Assembly: GCA_963766645.1 (NCBI GenBank) | Contig: CAVYAY010000003.1 | Location: 759,221-823,220 of the forward strand | Origin: an uncultured Chloroflexia bacterium | GTDB taxonomy: Bacteria; Chloroflexota; Dehalococcoidia; DSTF01; WHTK01 | Length of the DNA stretch: 64,000 nt | Direction: 5' to 3' | Shown: positions 1 through 9,924 of the stretch, one piece after another | How the letters are laid out: each line of letters opens with the position of its first letter | How positions within the stretch are numbered: position 1 is the first letter of the stretch | Made by a program: the position numbers and the translations under genes | The notes under the pieces: generated by a model | Seen by the model: the letters and a program-made list of their open reading frames with translations, nothing else | Told to the model about the DNA's origin: nothing | Databases searched by the model: none

Positions 1-414
1 GCGACCGGCTGGGTGAGGGAAGCCGGTTGACGCGGTGCCGGCTGACCCACTGCCCAGGCCGGCACCGCCGATGGGACCGCGCCGCCGTATCGACGCGACA
101 TCTCGGCGAACTCCGGGAAGTCATCCGGCGGACCCGGCCAGGGCTCGGTTTCAGCCGCCTCGAAGCCGGACAGGCGATTCATCATGTAGTTGGTGAAGCT
201 GCCCTTGCTGATCTCCCCGTCCGCGACGACGTCGATGCCGACCTCGACCTGCTTGCTGGACGACAGCGTTGACCTCCTCCTTGACGCGCCGTGCGAGGAG
301 GTCTGTGTCGTAGGGCTGGCCGGCGTCTTTGGCCAGGAGCATCTGGCGGATGTCCGGAGGACGCGGCAGGCTGCCCACGTGGGTTGTGAGAATGCGGTCT
401 GTGCTTCGCTTCAT
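1..414 (-). CDS. MetE-like (cobalamin-independent methionine synthase II family) protein, 5' part only; frame is lost after about 50 aa and the gene runs off the window start
   Basis: N-terminus MKRSTDRILTTHVGSLPRP.. matches the MetE C-terminal-domain family N-terminal motif; the frame degenerates after ..AVVQQ. Confidence 0.45.
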
Positions 415-420
415 TTGGAT

Positions 421-1981
421 TCACCTCTTTCGTCTTGCTCTGGTTCCGGGGTTGGGCCTCCGCCTGATCCTGGAGCTGCAGGCGCCGTTCCGCAGACGGC
501 AGTTGTCCCGGTCCAGGCGGTGCCATGTTCCTGCATAACCCACATCGATGGCCGGCATGTCTCGGTCGAGCGTCGAGAGACGCCGTTCGGTCAACTCGTT
601 GCCGCGGCTCGAACCAGCGCTGCATGCGGTTGCGCCACAACGCCAGGCCGCCGCTGGCGTGCATCTCGAACGCAGATTCCCGGCCGTCCAGGCCGGACGA
701 GACATGGTCCCAGACAAGTTGAGCAGCGCGGCCCGCTGCTCGGCCGTGTAACCGCCTCCGCCAAAGGACTTCTCCAGGTACTCCGCCATCTCCGCATCCG
801 GAAGTCGACGTCTGTCGGCGTGATGACAAGCGAGGAACCCGGAAGGTCACGCAGGATTTCGGCCATGCGCTGGCGGACGCTCAGGGTGTAGATGGTGGAC
901 GAGAGGAGATGCAACGGGTTCGGGATAGAGGTAGCCGGCGGCTGAAGTCTTCGGGTCCAGGGTCGCGGCGGTGAGGCAGGTTCGCATCGTCTGGGCGTTG
1001 ATCATGAGGTCGACGAGCCGTGTGATGACTGCGGGGTTCTCCCGCTGGCCCATGGCGTCGGCCACAGCCAGCGCCAGGCCCAGCGTGAAGTCGGCCCGTG
1101 CCAGGTAAGAGTGCTGGTGGTGCCATATCAGCCAGCAGAAGATGCGGTCCCGCTCCTTGGCCTCCTCCGGCGGTGGCTGGCTCGAAGCGGTAGGCGAAGA
1201 CCTTCTCCCAAGGCACGAGTACGTCTTCCAGCCAGAGGTGTGCATCCAGCTCGTCATAGCGGCTGGAGAGCGGAGACATGAACTGTGACTCGTAGCGCGC
1301 GGCGGGGCGGCGCGCTACAACTCGAGCGCCGGGGCTGTTCACTGCTACGGCGAACATTGCCCGCTGGTTAACGTCTGGCCGCTGCAGCCCGACGTAGACA
1401 TCGTGCGCGAAGGGCGTACTCGTGTGCATGCCGGTGCGGCCCGAGACAACGAGTCCGGCGTCGGTCTCCTTGACGATGCGGAGGGCGGAGTGGTCCGCCG
1501 GGTCACGGAAGCGGTCACCAAGAACCGAGGCACCACCCGTGAGGGTGAGGAAGAAACCATCTTGCTCCAGCGAGTCCCGGTAGGCTTTTGCGACCGCAGG
1601 TCGACCACCGCCCGCATCCCCGATGATCTCCGCGGCATCCAGGATCCCCAGCGCAATCAGCGCGCCGTATGCTGGCGTATGAGTCACATTGCCTGCGCTG
1701 ACGAAGGCCTGTGCGGAGATTGAATGGCTGAGACGGGCCAAATCATCAATGGAGATGGGAACCCGAAGGCCCAACGGCCTTCGAACGCCGTCCTCGTCAG
1801 CGTTAGCGAGGAGATCCTCTGCCCAGTCGGGATCGGAGTGACGGTCGTACCAGAAGCCATATTCTTCCACCAGACCCTTCGTGGCCGGGTGGGTGGTTAG
1901 GTCCGCAACATCACCTTCACCGAGGATCCAGACCTTGCGTCCGTCCTGCAAACTGCGTTTGTACTCCGTGCCAGTCAGCAC
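421..1981 (-). CDS. HpaB-family 4-hydroxyphenylacetate 3-monooxygenase oxygenase component-like (TC-FDM group D), split into at least 3 frames
   Basis: ORF 881..1981 matches the HpaB N-terminal two-thirds and ends in out-of-frame low-complexity tail; ORF 847..1257 and ORF 421..789 (ending ..MAEYLEKSFGGGGYTAEQRAALLNL, a typical HpaB C-terminus) continue the protein in other frames. Confidence 0.7.
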
Positions 1982-1994
1982 GACGCTCTCCTCA

Positions 1995-2441
1995 TTAGTT
2001 CTTGGTGGATCCTGTCAAGGACTTGAGCATCGATTTCACGAGCGATACCGCGGTTCCCTCGTTGAGCATCCAGGTGCACAGCGTGTGAGTACGCCAGCCT
2101 GCGGCCTCGAAGGGCTCGCTCGACGCTATCTCCTCCGCGGCCTCGCGTGACGGAGCCGCGATGAAGTACATCCCGCTGGCATCGATTAGCCTCTCCCCAG
2201 CCGGCGTGCTTGCTCGGAACTTCGCCAGCGTCGAGGCGCGGCCAAAGTCGTCCAGCGGGCCGGCCGCCAGGAGGATGCCCCTGTCCTCCATCTCGAGCTG
2301 GAACTGAAGATGGCGGCGCATAATCTCACGTCCTTCGTCCGACTCGGTGTCGTACTTCTCGGTCGGCCTCATGAAGATGGCGTAGAGCTCCAGCCGCGCC
2401 ATGCGGGCCATGATCTCGTCCATGGACATCTCAGAGGCCAT
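1995..2441 (-). CDS. YciI-like domain protein
   Basis: ..ILLAAGPLDD..GMYFIAAPSREAAEEIASSEPF.. pattern of the YciI-like/Dabb fold; start taken at the internal Met (MASEMSMDEIMARM). Confidence 0.4.
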   Translation of the reverse strand: MASEMSMDEIMARMARLELYAIFMRPTEKYDTESDEGREIMRRHLQFQLEMEDRGILLAAGPLDDFGRASTLAKFRASTPAGERLIDASGMYFIAAPSREAAEEIASSEPFEAAGWRTHTLCTWMLNEGTAVSLVKSMLKSLTGSTKN

Positions 2442-2457
2442 CGGGTGCCTCCTTCCG

Positions 2458-2880
2458 TCACGCAAAGCCGGGCTCATCACGGTCTGCGGATGACTGAACA
2501 AATCCTTCGAAGCCAGCGCCGCGCCTTCCGCTAACGTCTTGAGCTTGGCGTAAGCCAGTTGCTCCGGAACCGTTAAATGTGCCGAAGCCGCAATCGGTGC
2601 TGGCGATCACGCGTTCGGGGCCGACGATACCGGCGAAGTTCTTGATCCTCTCGGCAACTGCCTCCGGATGCTCGCCCTGCTCGCCGTCGCTGACGATGTC
2701 CACGCCGGCCGCGATCTGCTTGTCCACGACCTCCTTGACGGCGCTTGCCACCCTGGCTTCGAAGGCTGCTCGCTGCTCAGCTGTGCCCGTCTGGGCGCCG
2801 GCAAAGATCATGCCCGCCAGGTCCGGCCTGGGCAGGCTGCCGACGTGTGTGGTTAGAATGCGTCCACTGCTGCGCTTCAT
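2458..2880 (-). pseudogene. MetE-like protein remnant with an in-frame internal deletion (N-terminal ILTTHVGSLPRP motif joined directly to C-terminal ..IASTDCGFG zinc-site motif, about 200 aa missing)
   Basis: Both family end-motifs are present in a single 140-aa ORF; compare the full-length copy at 12696..13837. Confidence 0.5.
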
Positions 2881-2925
2881 CGACTGATTCCTCTTTCATG
2901 GTCCGGGCGGAAGCGTCGGCATCAG

Positions 2926-3879
2926 TTACACTGGCGGCGCTACCCAGAGTCCTGGGTCCGCCTGGCGCATACGGGTTGGAGGCAGGTCGCCTGCCTGAGC
3001 CTGCCTGGCAGGTGGGTCCATCTGAGCGGCCGGCGGGCGGCCCGGCATCTGGGCCGTGCCCCACATGTCGGTCGGTGGATGCTCGCGCGGCGTCCAGGCG
3101 TCTTCGTTCGTAATCTGCTCGACTTCGGCTGTGTACTCTGAGACGTTGCCCTGGGGGTCGAAGAAGTAATAGAAGGTATTGTCGCCGGCGGAGTGCCTGC
3201 CCGGGCCCATCATGATCCGGGCACGCCCATCCTTCAGCACACGTCCGGATCCACGCATCATGTCGTCGATGCTGCGCACCTCGAACGCGACGTGGTTCAG
3301 AGTCGCGACCTCGCCATCCGCGATCGCGAGGCTGTGGTGATTGGCGTTGCAGCGGTAGAAGCCCATGAACGGGATCCAGTCGGATAGCTTGAAGCCCAGT
3401 CGTTCCGCATAGAACGCCTCGACTTCCTTCCGGTTCGGCGAGTTCAGCACGACGTGATTCAGGGCAACGGGGATTCCCTCGCGCGGCTCGACCTCACGGA
3501 AAGATCTTTGCTCCACACCGGCGGAGACCTCTACCACACGTCCATCAGGATCGAAGAAGCGAAATCCATAGCCCCCGCCGGGCGTTTGCTGCTGCCCGGG
3601 CTCCGACACGAAACGCACTCCAGCTTGCGCTAGGTCAGCCGCGAGCTGGTCGACATCTTCAGGGGAGTCGGCTCCAAAGGCGATTAGGTCGAGTCGCTTC
3701 TCGTCTGCCTTTCGAATGCGGTAGATGTACTGCTCGGGCGAGCCTTCTGCAGCCATGAAGGCGATGTCCTTGTCGCCATCAACCCGCGTTAGACCCCAAA
3801 CGCGATCGTAGAAGTCGAGCTGTTCGTCGAAGTCCGGAACAGCCACGTCTACGTGCCTGAGACTGGTTACTTGCGCCAT
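2926..3879 (-). CDS. Type I extradiol ring-cleavage dioxygenase (VOC/glyoxalase fold, catechol 2,3-dioxygenase / homoprotocatechuate dioxygenase family)
   Basis: Two VOC modules and conserved His/Glu metal-ligand context (..NHVAFEV.., ..HH..); 317 aa intact ORF; GGAGGGGG RBS upstream. Confidence 0.85.
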   Translation of the reverse strand: MAQVTSLRHVDVAVPDFDEQLDFYDRVWGLTRVDGDKDIAFMAAEGSPEQYIYRIRKADEKRLDLIAFGADSPEDVDQLAADLAQAGVRFVSEPGQQQTPGGGYGFRFFDPDGRVVEVSAGVEQRSFREVEPREGIPVALNHVVLNSPNRKEVEAFYAERLGFKLSDWIPFMGFYRCNANHHSLAIADGEVATLNHVAFEVRSIDDMMRGSGRVLKDGRARIMMGPGRHSAGDNTFYYFFDPQGNVSEYTAEVEQITNEDAWTPREHPPTDMWGTAQMPGRPPAAQMDPPARQAQAGDLPPTRMRQADPGLWVAPPV

Positions 3880-3922
3880 TGGAAGACCCCCTCCGACTTA
3901 TGATTGCTAACGAAACTGATTG

Positions 3923-5083
3923 CTAACGAAACGGGTCGAGAGGCGGCAAGCCAAGCGACGCTCGTCCGTACCCCTCGGCGATCGAGTCCCAGTAGAGTGC
4001 CACCTGATGCGAGCCAGCGTGGATGTCGCGGTGGAAGCGCTGCAGGGCGCTGGAATCGTAAAGGGCGTGGCCGCCGCTGGCCTCGAAGAGCCGGTTCGCG
4101 GCCTGCAGGCAGAGCTTTGCGACATAGCCATAATCGCGGCGAATGCTCGCCTGTTCGGGCTCACTCGGCAGTTCTCCTCTCGAGGCGCGTTCCAGCACCT
4201 CTCGCGGCGTGGTCTTGACGATGCGCTTGGCCGCGTCGATTTCGGCAGACGACTCAGCGATCCGCAGCTGTATAGCTATTGATTCGGCCGTACGACCCGG
4301 TCCCGTCTTGCCGCGAAGCTTCTCGATGAATGCATCGAGCATGCCTTGCGCCATGCCTACGAGAGGAGAGCACAGCGTGAAGGGCAGTAGGCTCATGGTG
4401 GGCAACCGATAGCTCGGCCGGCCGTGGAGCTCAAATCCAGGGCTTTTGTAACCGGGAACCATCAACCCCGCCACACGGTGAGGTGGAACGAAGGCATCCT
4501 TGATTTCAATGTCTTTGCTGCCGGTGCCGCGAAGCCCGGAGACAAACCAGGTGTCCACGATCTCGTAATCCGAACGCGGCACCAAGACCATGCACGGCCC
4601 CATTGGCGCGATCACTCCCAGCATGGCCCACGTGGCGCCATCGCTGCCGCTGGAAAAATCCCAGTGTCCGCTGAGGCGAAAGCCGCCCTCCACGGGTTCG
4701 ATTCTTCCCTGGGGCGCAAAGGCGCTCGATGCAAGGACGTCTGGACCGCCTGCGTAGTACTCCTCCTGGGCCTCCAGCGGCCAGTGCCCGATCATCCAGT
4801 CGTGACTGGACCATACGGAGAAGCACCAAGCGGTAGAGCCACAGGCGTGGCCGATCTCCATGCCCAGCTCGAAGTAGAGGTCCATGTCGGCGTTATCGTA
4901 GCCTCCGAAACGGCGTGGGTTACCGACTCGAAGCAGCCCGGCGGACCTGAGATCGTCGATGGTTGCCTGGGGGATCTGGCGCAGTTTCTCGGTCTCTGCG
5001 GCGCGTTCCTTGAGAACCGGCATGAGGTCTGCGGCTCGCCTCAGCAGTTCCTCCCGGTTAACGGTCTCGGCTTCTGTGGCCAT
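3923..5083 (-). CDS. Acyl-CoA dehydrogenase-fold flavin-dependent monooxygenase, oxygenase component (HpaH/HsaA/C2-like two-component hydroxylase)
   Basis: ACAD-fold length and motifs (..GGYDNADMDLYFELGMEIGHACGSTAWCF.., C-terminal ..ALQRFHRDIHAGSH..); start set at internal ATG 5083 preceded by GGAGGA. Confidence 0.8.
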   Translation of the reverse strand: MATEAETVNREELLRRAADLMPVLKERAAETEKLRQIPQATIDDLRSAGLLRVGNPRRFGGYDNADMDLYFELGMEIGHACGSTAWCFSVWSSHDWMIGHWPLEAQEEYYAGGPDVLASSAFAPQGRIEPVEGGFRLSGHWDFSSGSDGATWAMLGVIAPMGPCMVLVPRSDYEIVDTWFVSGLRGTGSKDIEIKDAFVPPHRVAGLMVPGYKSPGFELHGRPSYRLPTMSLLPFTLCSPLVGMAQGMLDAFIEKLRGKTGPGRTAESIAIQLRIAESSAEIDAAKRIVKTTPREVLERASRGELPSEPEQASIRRDYGYVAKLCLQAANRLFEASGGHALYDSSALQRFHRDIHAGSHQVALYWDSIAEGYGRASLGLPPLDPFR

Positions 5084-5156
5084 ACCGATCCTCCAAGTCG
5101 CACTTGCCTTTTTCGAATAGGGTTGGAGTATATTGGCCGCCATGAGCATCTACAAA

Positions 5157-5171
5157 ATCGATATTTGCGAT
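5157..5171. promoter_or_regulatory. LysR-type T-N11-A box (ATCgatatttgcGAT = ATC-N9-GAT) in the divergent monooxygenase/LysR promoter region
   Basis: Perfect ATC-N9-GAT dyad 34 bp upstream of the LysR start and 74 bp upstream of the monooxygenase start. Confidence 0.4.
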
Positions 5172-5204
5172 GCTTATCATGCACCTGATTCATGGAGGCC
5201 CTAG

Positions 5205-6119
5205 ATGAATCTCGCTTCGATCGATCTGAATCTTCTGGTTGCCCTTGACGCGATTCTGGATGAGCGCCATGTGACGCGAGCAGGCGAACGGCTTGGTCTC
5301 ACTCAGCCAACTATGAGCCATACCTTGGGACGCCTGCGTCGGCTCTTTGATGATGCGCTCCTTATCAGGATCGGCCGCGGATACGAGTTGACATCGCTGG
5401 CCACGGATATAAGGAAGCCAGTCCGCGACATCCTCAAGCAGATAGAGCAGACCATCGAGTACCGTCCGAGTTTCGATCCGACTTCGGACGAGCACGTCTT
5501 CACGATAACGGCTTCGGACTACGCCACGTTCGTGGTATTTCAGCCGGCCTTGCGGCGGATGCAGGAGGAAGCTCCCGCCATACGCCTGGAGGTCCACCCC
5601 TTGTTTACCGGGTGGATTCCCGCAATGGAAGCTGGTGACATCGACCTTGGCATTGGGCCATCTGTGCTGGGGCCAGATCTGCCCTCAGAGGAGCTGTTCT
5701 CGGACAAATGGGTCGCCGTTGCCTGGTCAGGAAATAATGAACTGGGCGAGACGCTTTCCTTGGAACAGTACTTAAGCTTCCCCCATCTCGCTTACGGCTC
5801 CAGCCTTCAAAGTTTCGAAGGCATGGGAATCCTGGACCGCGCGATTCTTACGACACATCCCGAAGCCCACGTTGGAATGCTCATGCAGAGTTTCTTCATG
5901 TTGCCTTTCATGCTGCCCGGGACTCGTTACATCGCGATCGTCCACGAAAGGATGGCACTGCAGGTCGCTCGCCAGGGCGACTTCAAGATCCTTCAGCTCG
6001 AATTCCCCACAGATCGTTTTACCGAGGCGATGTTCTGGCATCCTCGACTCACATCCGATCCGGCCCATCGTTGGTTGCGGACCTTCCTTCAAGAATGTAC
6101 AGCGGCGATTGTCTGTTAA
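5205..6119 (+). CDS. LysR family transcriptional regulator
   Basis: N-terminal HTH IDLNLLVALDAILDERHVTRAGERLGLTQPTMSHTL.. plus a LysR substrate-binding domain; divergent from the catabolic operon. Confidence 0.9.
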   Translation: MNLASIDLNLLVALDAILDERHVTRAGERLGLTQPTMSHTLGRLRRLFDDALLIRIGRGYELTSLATDIRKPVRDILKQIEQTIEYRPSFDPTSDEHVFTITASDYATFVVFQPALRRMQEEAPAIRLEVHPLFTGWIPAMEAGDIDLGIGPSVLGPDLPSEELFSDKWVAVAWSGNNELGETLSLEQYLSFPHLAYGSSLQSFEGMGILDRAILTTHPEAHVGMLMQSFFMLPFMLPGTRYIAIVHERMALQVARQGDFKILQLEFPTDRFTEAMFWHPRLTSDPAHRWLRTFLQECTAAIVC

Positions 6120-6225
6120 GCATGCATCAGATCGATGTTAAACATCCCTATTATCGATTTTCCAAATCGTCCATACGTCAATATACTGCCGCTCATCGCG
6201 AACTAAATCGCAGGAGGCAGGAGGA

Positions 6226-8121
6226 GTGACCATGGATAGCTACTGGAACAAGGCCCTCACGAGAAGAATCAGCCGGCGGCGAGCCCTTCTGGCAACCGGA
6301 GGGGTGGCAGGAGCCGCGGCATTCCTCGCTGCATGCGGCAAGGACAAGTCCAGCAGCGGTGGCACCTCTTCAAGCGGTGGCACCTCGACTGGCGGTGGCA
6401 CTTCCACAAGCGGTGGCACGCCGTCGTCTGGGGGCGCGGGTGGGTCTGGCTCCGCAGCTAGTGGTCTCCTCACGGAGCCCGTGAATGAGACTGCCAGCGC
6501 CAAGCAAGGTGGGGTTCTGAAGAGCCATAACACCTTCGAACCATCAACTCTTGATCCACAGCAGTTCCCCAACAACTTCCATTCCAACGCCACCTATAGC
6601 AATCTCTTCCGCATCGAGGACGGAGTCCTTTCGTATAGCACCGGAAACATCATCGGTGACCTGGTCGAGTCCTGGGAGCTGTCTGGGGACAAACTGACAA
6701 TCACAGCGAAGCTGAACCCAGCAGCCCACTTCGCGCCAACCGCGCCTGTCGACGGAAGGGCCGTCGATGCCAACGACGTCGTTGCTAGCTGGCAGCGGCA
6801 CGCCGAGTCAAGCAATCAGCGATTCGATTTCGCGAATTCTGCAAACCCGGCGGCCCCCATCAAGTCGATCGAGGCCTCGGACGAACGCACTATCATCATT
6901 TCGCTAGCGGCGCCGAATGCGGTGGTCACCGCGCGCCTGGCTCGTGCCACGCCGGGCTCGATGTACATTGTCCCGAAAGAGGCCCTGGACCCAGCAGTGC
7001 TGGACCTCAACCGAACCTCTATCGGCAGCGGTCCCTACTACATGTCGGAGTACGAGCCGTCGACACGCATCGTCCTGACACGCAATCCGGGCTTCCACGA
7101 CAAGAACTTTCCCTTAATCGAGACAATCGAGTACCCGACGGTCCCGGAATACGCGGCCTTCCTGGCCCAGTACAAGGCAGGGAACGTTTACGAGGGCCTC
7201 GGCCTTCTTGCGGAAGACCTGCTCCCGGCGAAGAAGGATAACTCCAAGATGGAGTTAATGGCGACTTACTTCTCCACTCTCGTCCCGAGGATCGGTTTCG
7301 GCATGGCGGAAGGGTCGCCTTTTGTCGACGACCGGCTGCGCCAGGCCTGGGTTCTCGGTATGGACCGAGAGCTGTTCCTCACATCCGTCTTCAACAAGGA
7401 CCGGTTCGCCGATGCAGGGCTCGACGTGGTCCTGGCTTACGAGAGTGCCATCCAGGCCAACACCTTCGCGGGGTGGTTGATCGATCCGCTCAGCGCAGAG
7501 TTTGGCGAGAACTCCAAGTTCTTCACGCAGGACGTAGCCGAAGCGAAAAAGCTGGTCGTGGCTGCCGGCCATGAGGATGGTGTGCTCAAGGACTTTGACC
7601 TCACATATGCTGCGGCTGGTGCCGGTGTGCCGGGCACCTACTCGGTATACATCGACACGATCATTGCGCTCATGCAAGAGAGTGGCCTGTTCGAATGGAA
7701 TCTGAACATCATCCAGAATTTCTTTGCCGAGTTCATCCCGGTTTATCACAATCAGGCGCGCGGGACGTTCAGCGGCGTGAGCATTTCGCTCTCAAGTCTC
7801 GCCGAAGACCCTGCGAACTACCTTTTCAGCTACTACAACTCCCACGGCACCTTGCGAATGGGCACGGACGACACCTTGGATGGGATGACCGCGAAGGCAG
7901 TCCAGGAGTTCGATGACGCAGCCCGCAAAGAAATCTGCCATGAAATCCAGCGCTATGAAGGTGGTAAGAACTTCTACCCGCGCTTCGGCGGTGGGTCCGG
8001 CTTCAGTATCGCCTGGCCTGCGGTGAGAAACCGGGAGGTGTACCAGGGCGGCTCAGGCCGCTCCGGCACGCTCAATTCATCTACGTTGTGGATCGACCCG
8101 GCGAAGGCGCCGCTGGCTTAG
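6226..8121 (+). CDS. ABC transporter substrate-binding protein, family 5 (DppA/OppA-like), Tat/lipoprotein signal with Gly/Ser/Thr linker
   Basis: RRRALLATGGVAGAAAFLAACGKD lipobox signal; SBP_bac_5-like length and motifs; two ATCGAT dyads upstream (6131-6158). Confidence 0.8.
   Translation: MTMDSYWNKALTRRISRRRALLATGGVAGAAAFLAACGKDKSSSGGTSSSGGTSTGGGTSTSGGTPSSGGAGGSGSAASGLLTEPVNETASAKQGGVLKSHNTFEPSTLDPQQFPNNFHSNATYSNLFRIEDGVLSYSTGNIIGDLVESWELSGDKLTITAKLNPAAHFAPTAPVDGRAVDANDVVASWQRHAESSNQRFDFANSANPAAPIKSIEASDERTIIISLAAPNAVVTARLARATPGSMYIVPKEALDPAVLDLNRTSIGSGPYYMSEYEPSTRIVLTRNPGFHDKNFPLIETIEYPTVPEYAAFLAQYKAGNVYEGLGLLAEDLLPAKKDNSKMELMATYFSTLVPRIGFGMAEGSPFVDDRLRQAWVLGMDRELFLTSVFNKDRFADAGLDVVLAYESAIQANTFAGWLIDPLSAEFGENSKFFTQDVAEAKKLVVAAGHEDGVLKDFDLTYAAAGAGVPGTYSVYIDTIIALMQESGLFEWNLNIIQNFFAEFIPVYHNQARGTFSGVSISLSSLAEDPANYLFSYYNSHGTLRMGTDDTLDGMTAKAVQEFDDAARKEICHEIQRYEGGKNFYPRFGGGSGFSIAWPAVRNREVYQGGSGRSGTLNSSTLWIDPAKAPLA
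6352..6423 (+). repeat. Four tandem 18-bp repeats (agcggtggcacctc...) encoding the GGTSxS linker of the SBP
   Basis: Direct inspection: agcggtggcacctcttca / agcggtggcacctcgact / ggcggtggcacttccaca / agcggtggcacgccgtcg. Confidence 0.7.
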
Positions 8122-8201
8122 GAGTAGCAGGAAGGCCTTGATAAGTGGGGTCAGCCCTGACAGGACTGACCCCACTTCGTAACGAAGTGGAAGGATTGGA
8201 C

Positions 8202-9303
8202 ATGAGACTCGTGTCATTCGAAGTCAGCACTGCGTTTGGCCCTGCGCGCCGAATAGGCGCTGTCCTGGGGCCTGCACTGGACGACGCTGCGCGGATCGTC
8301 GACCTCAACGCAGGCTTCGAGCAGCTGCTTATCGAAGGCGGCGATCCTCGCGGCAAGGAGATCGCCGCCGTCGCGCTACCGCCTGACATGCTTGCGTTCC
8401 TCGAAGGGGGCGCACCGGCCATGGATCGCGCGCGACAGGTTCTCGACTTTGCCGGCGAGCGCAGAGATGGTCGGATGGATGGCTCACCACTGGTCTTTAC
8501 TCGCAGCGACATTAAACTCCTTGCACCGGTGCCGCGCCCGCGAACGATGCGTGACTTCTCGGAGTACGAAGAGCACATGTCAACGCGGACCGGCGCTCAG
8601 CACAAACAGCCCGGCTTCTACCACTTTGCTTGCTGTTACAAGGGCAATCCCGACATGGTCTTCGGCCCGGACGATCCGATCATCTGGCCCGACTACACGG
8701 AGAAGCTCGACCCGGAGTTGGAGCTGGCCTGCGTTGTCGGCAAGCGCGGCAAGAATCTGACGCCGGAAGAAGCAGCCGACTATATCGCCGGCTACCTCAT
8801 CTTCTGTGACGGCTCTGCGCGGGACGTGATGGGCAAGGAGTACCTGGGGCCGTACAAGGCGAAGGACTTCGGCACCAACCTGGGCCCGTGTCTCGTGACG
8901 CCGGACGAAGTCGGCGACGAGTTGAACCTGCGCTGCTCGCTGAAGGTCAACGGCGAGACCTGGTACGAAGGCAATACGGGCTGGAAGCGAAACTACACGC
9001 ATGCCCCAGCTCCTAGCCTACGCCTCAGACTCTGAGGAGATACAACCAGGCGACGTCATATCCGCCGGGCACCATCGGCCTGAGCTGCAGCGTTGATTCG
9101 GGCAAATGGCCGCAGCCGGGAGACATGGTCGAGCAGTGGATCGAGAACATCGGGACGATGACGATGCGCTGTGAGCGGCTGGCGCGGGAGACCTCGTACG
9201 TACGTGATGGCCTACCCGGCCTGCTGCCACTGCCGCCGAGTGCGGAGGATTTTCCGCAGCAGCTCAAAGACGGGACAGCTGATCCGCTAGCGTCGAGGCG
9301 CTG
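8202..9303 (+). CDS. Fumarylacetoacetate hydrolase (FAH) family protein (HpaG/2-oxo-hepta-3-ene-1,7-dioate hydratase-like), one frameshift near 9000
   Basis: MRLVSFEVS.. FAH N-terminus after an AAGGA RBS; the C-terminal ..EEIQPGDVISAGTIGLSCSV..GDMVEQWIENIGTMTMRCER motifs continue in the +1 frame after about 9000. Confidence 0.7.
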
Positions 9304-9324
9304 ACGACGCCACGGAGGAAAGCG

Positions 9325-9909
9325 ATGGGCGAAGAGCACTACAAGCTGCCGCCGCCGATGTCGAAGGATCCGGATTACGTGGCGCCAACTCGCGAGGATC
9401 TAGTATCCGCTAGCGCGCCGTTAAGCTCGGCGTCGCAGCATGGCCGCATCACGCCGCACGTGGTTTCCGAAGTCATCCTGCACGAAGGCCAGCTCAAGGA
9501 AGGGCGAGTCCAGGGATTCACGATCCGCTGCGACGAAGGCTCATACATCCCGGGCGGCACCGACACGGCGCCTTCACCTCTGGGATACTTCACTACGGCA
9601 ATCGGGTTTTGAATGGGTACCCATATTGCGGGCGTGACCCGCAGACAGAACCTAAACCTCAAGGTAAAGATAACGATAGACGGCGAGTACTTCTCCGAGG
9701 GCTCCGTTTTGCGAGGCGATCGCAAAGCCGGAGCGGAATCTATCCATGTCGAGGTTTCCGTGGAAGGCGACTACCCACCGGACCTTATATCGCAAATGGT
9801 GGCCGAGGCCGAGGCTGGCTGTTTCACGCTCAACGCGCTTCGCAATCCATCGCCTGTGACTGTTAGCGCGACGCTGAATGGGGCGCCGGTCGAAATCGGA
9901 AGTAGCTAG
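9325..9909 (+). CDS. OsmC/Ohr-family peroxiredoxin-like protein with a single in-frame TGA at 9610-9612 at the peroxidatic-Cys position (candidate selenocysteine)
   Basis: ORFs 9325..9612 and 9613..9909 are in the same frame, separated only by TGA. Flanking ..GTDTAPSPLGYFTTAIGF-[TGA]-MGTHIAG.. aligns with the OsmC ..GTNPEELIGAAHAA-C-FSMAL.. peroxidatic-Cys motif. The resolving-Cys motif AEAGCF is conserved further downstream. Confidence 0.55.
9627..9643 (+). other. Candidate bacterial SECIS-like hairpin (6-bp stem TGCGGG/CCCGCA, 5-nt loop CGUGA containing GU) starting 15 nt 3' of the in-frame UGA
   Basis: Seen directly; the apical loop lies 21-25 nt after the UGA, inside the 16-37 nt bSECIS window; GC-rich context makes chance hairpins common. 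Confidence 0.3.
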
Positions 9910-9924
9910 GAACGCGGAGGATGC

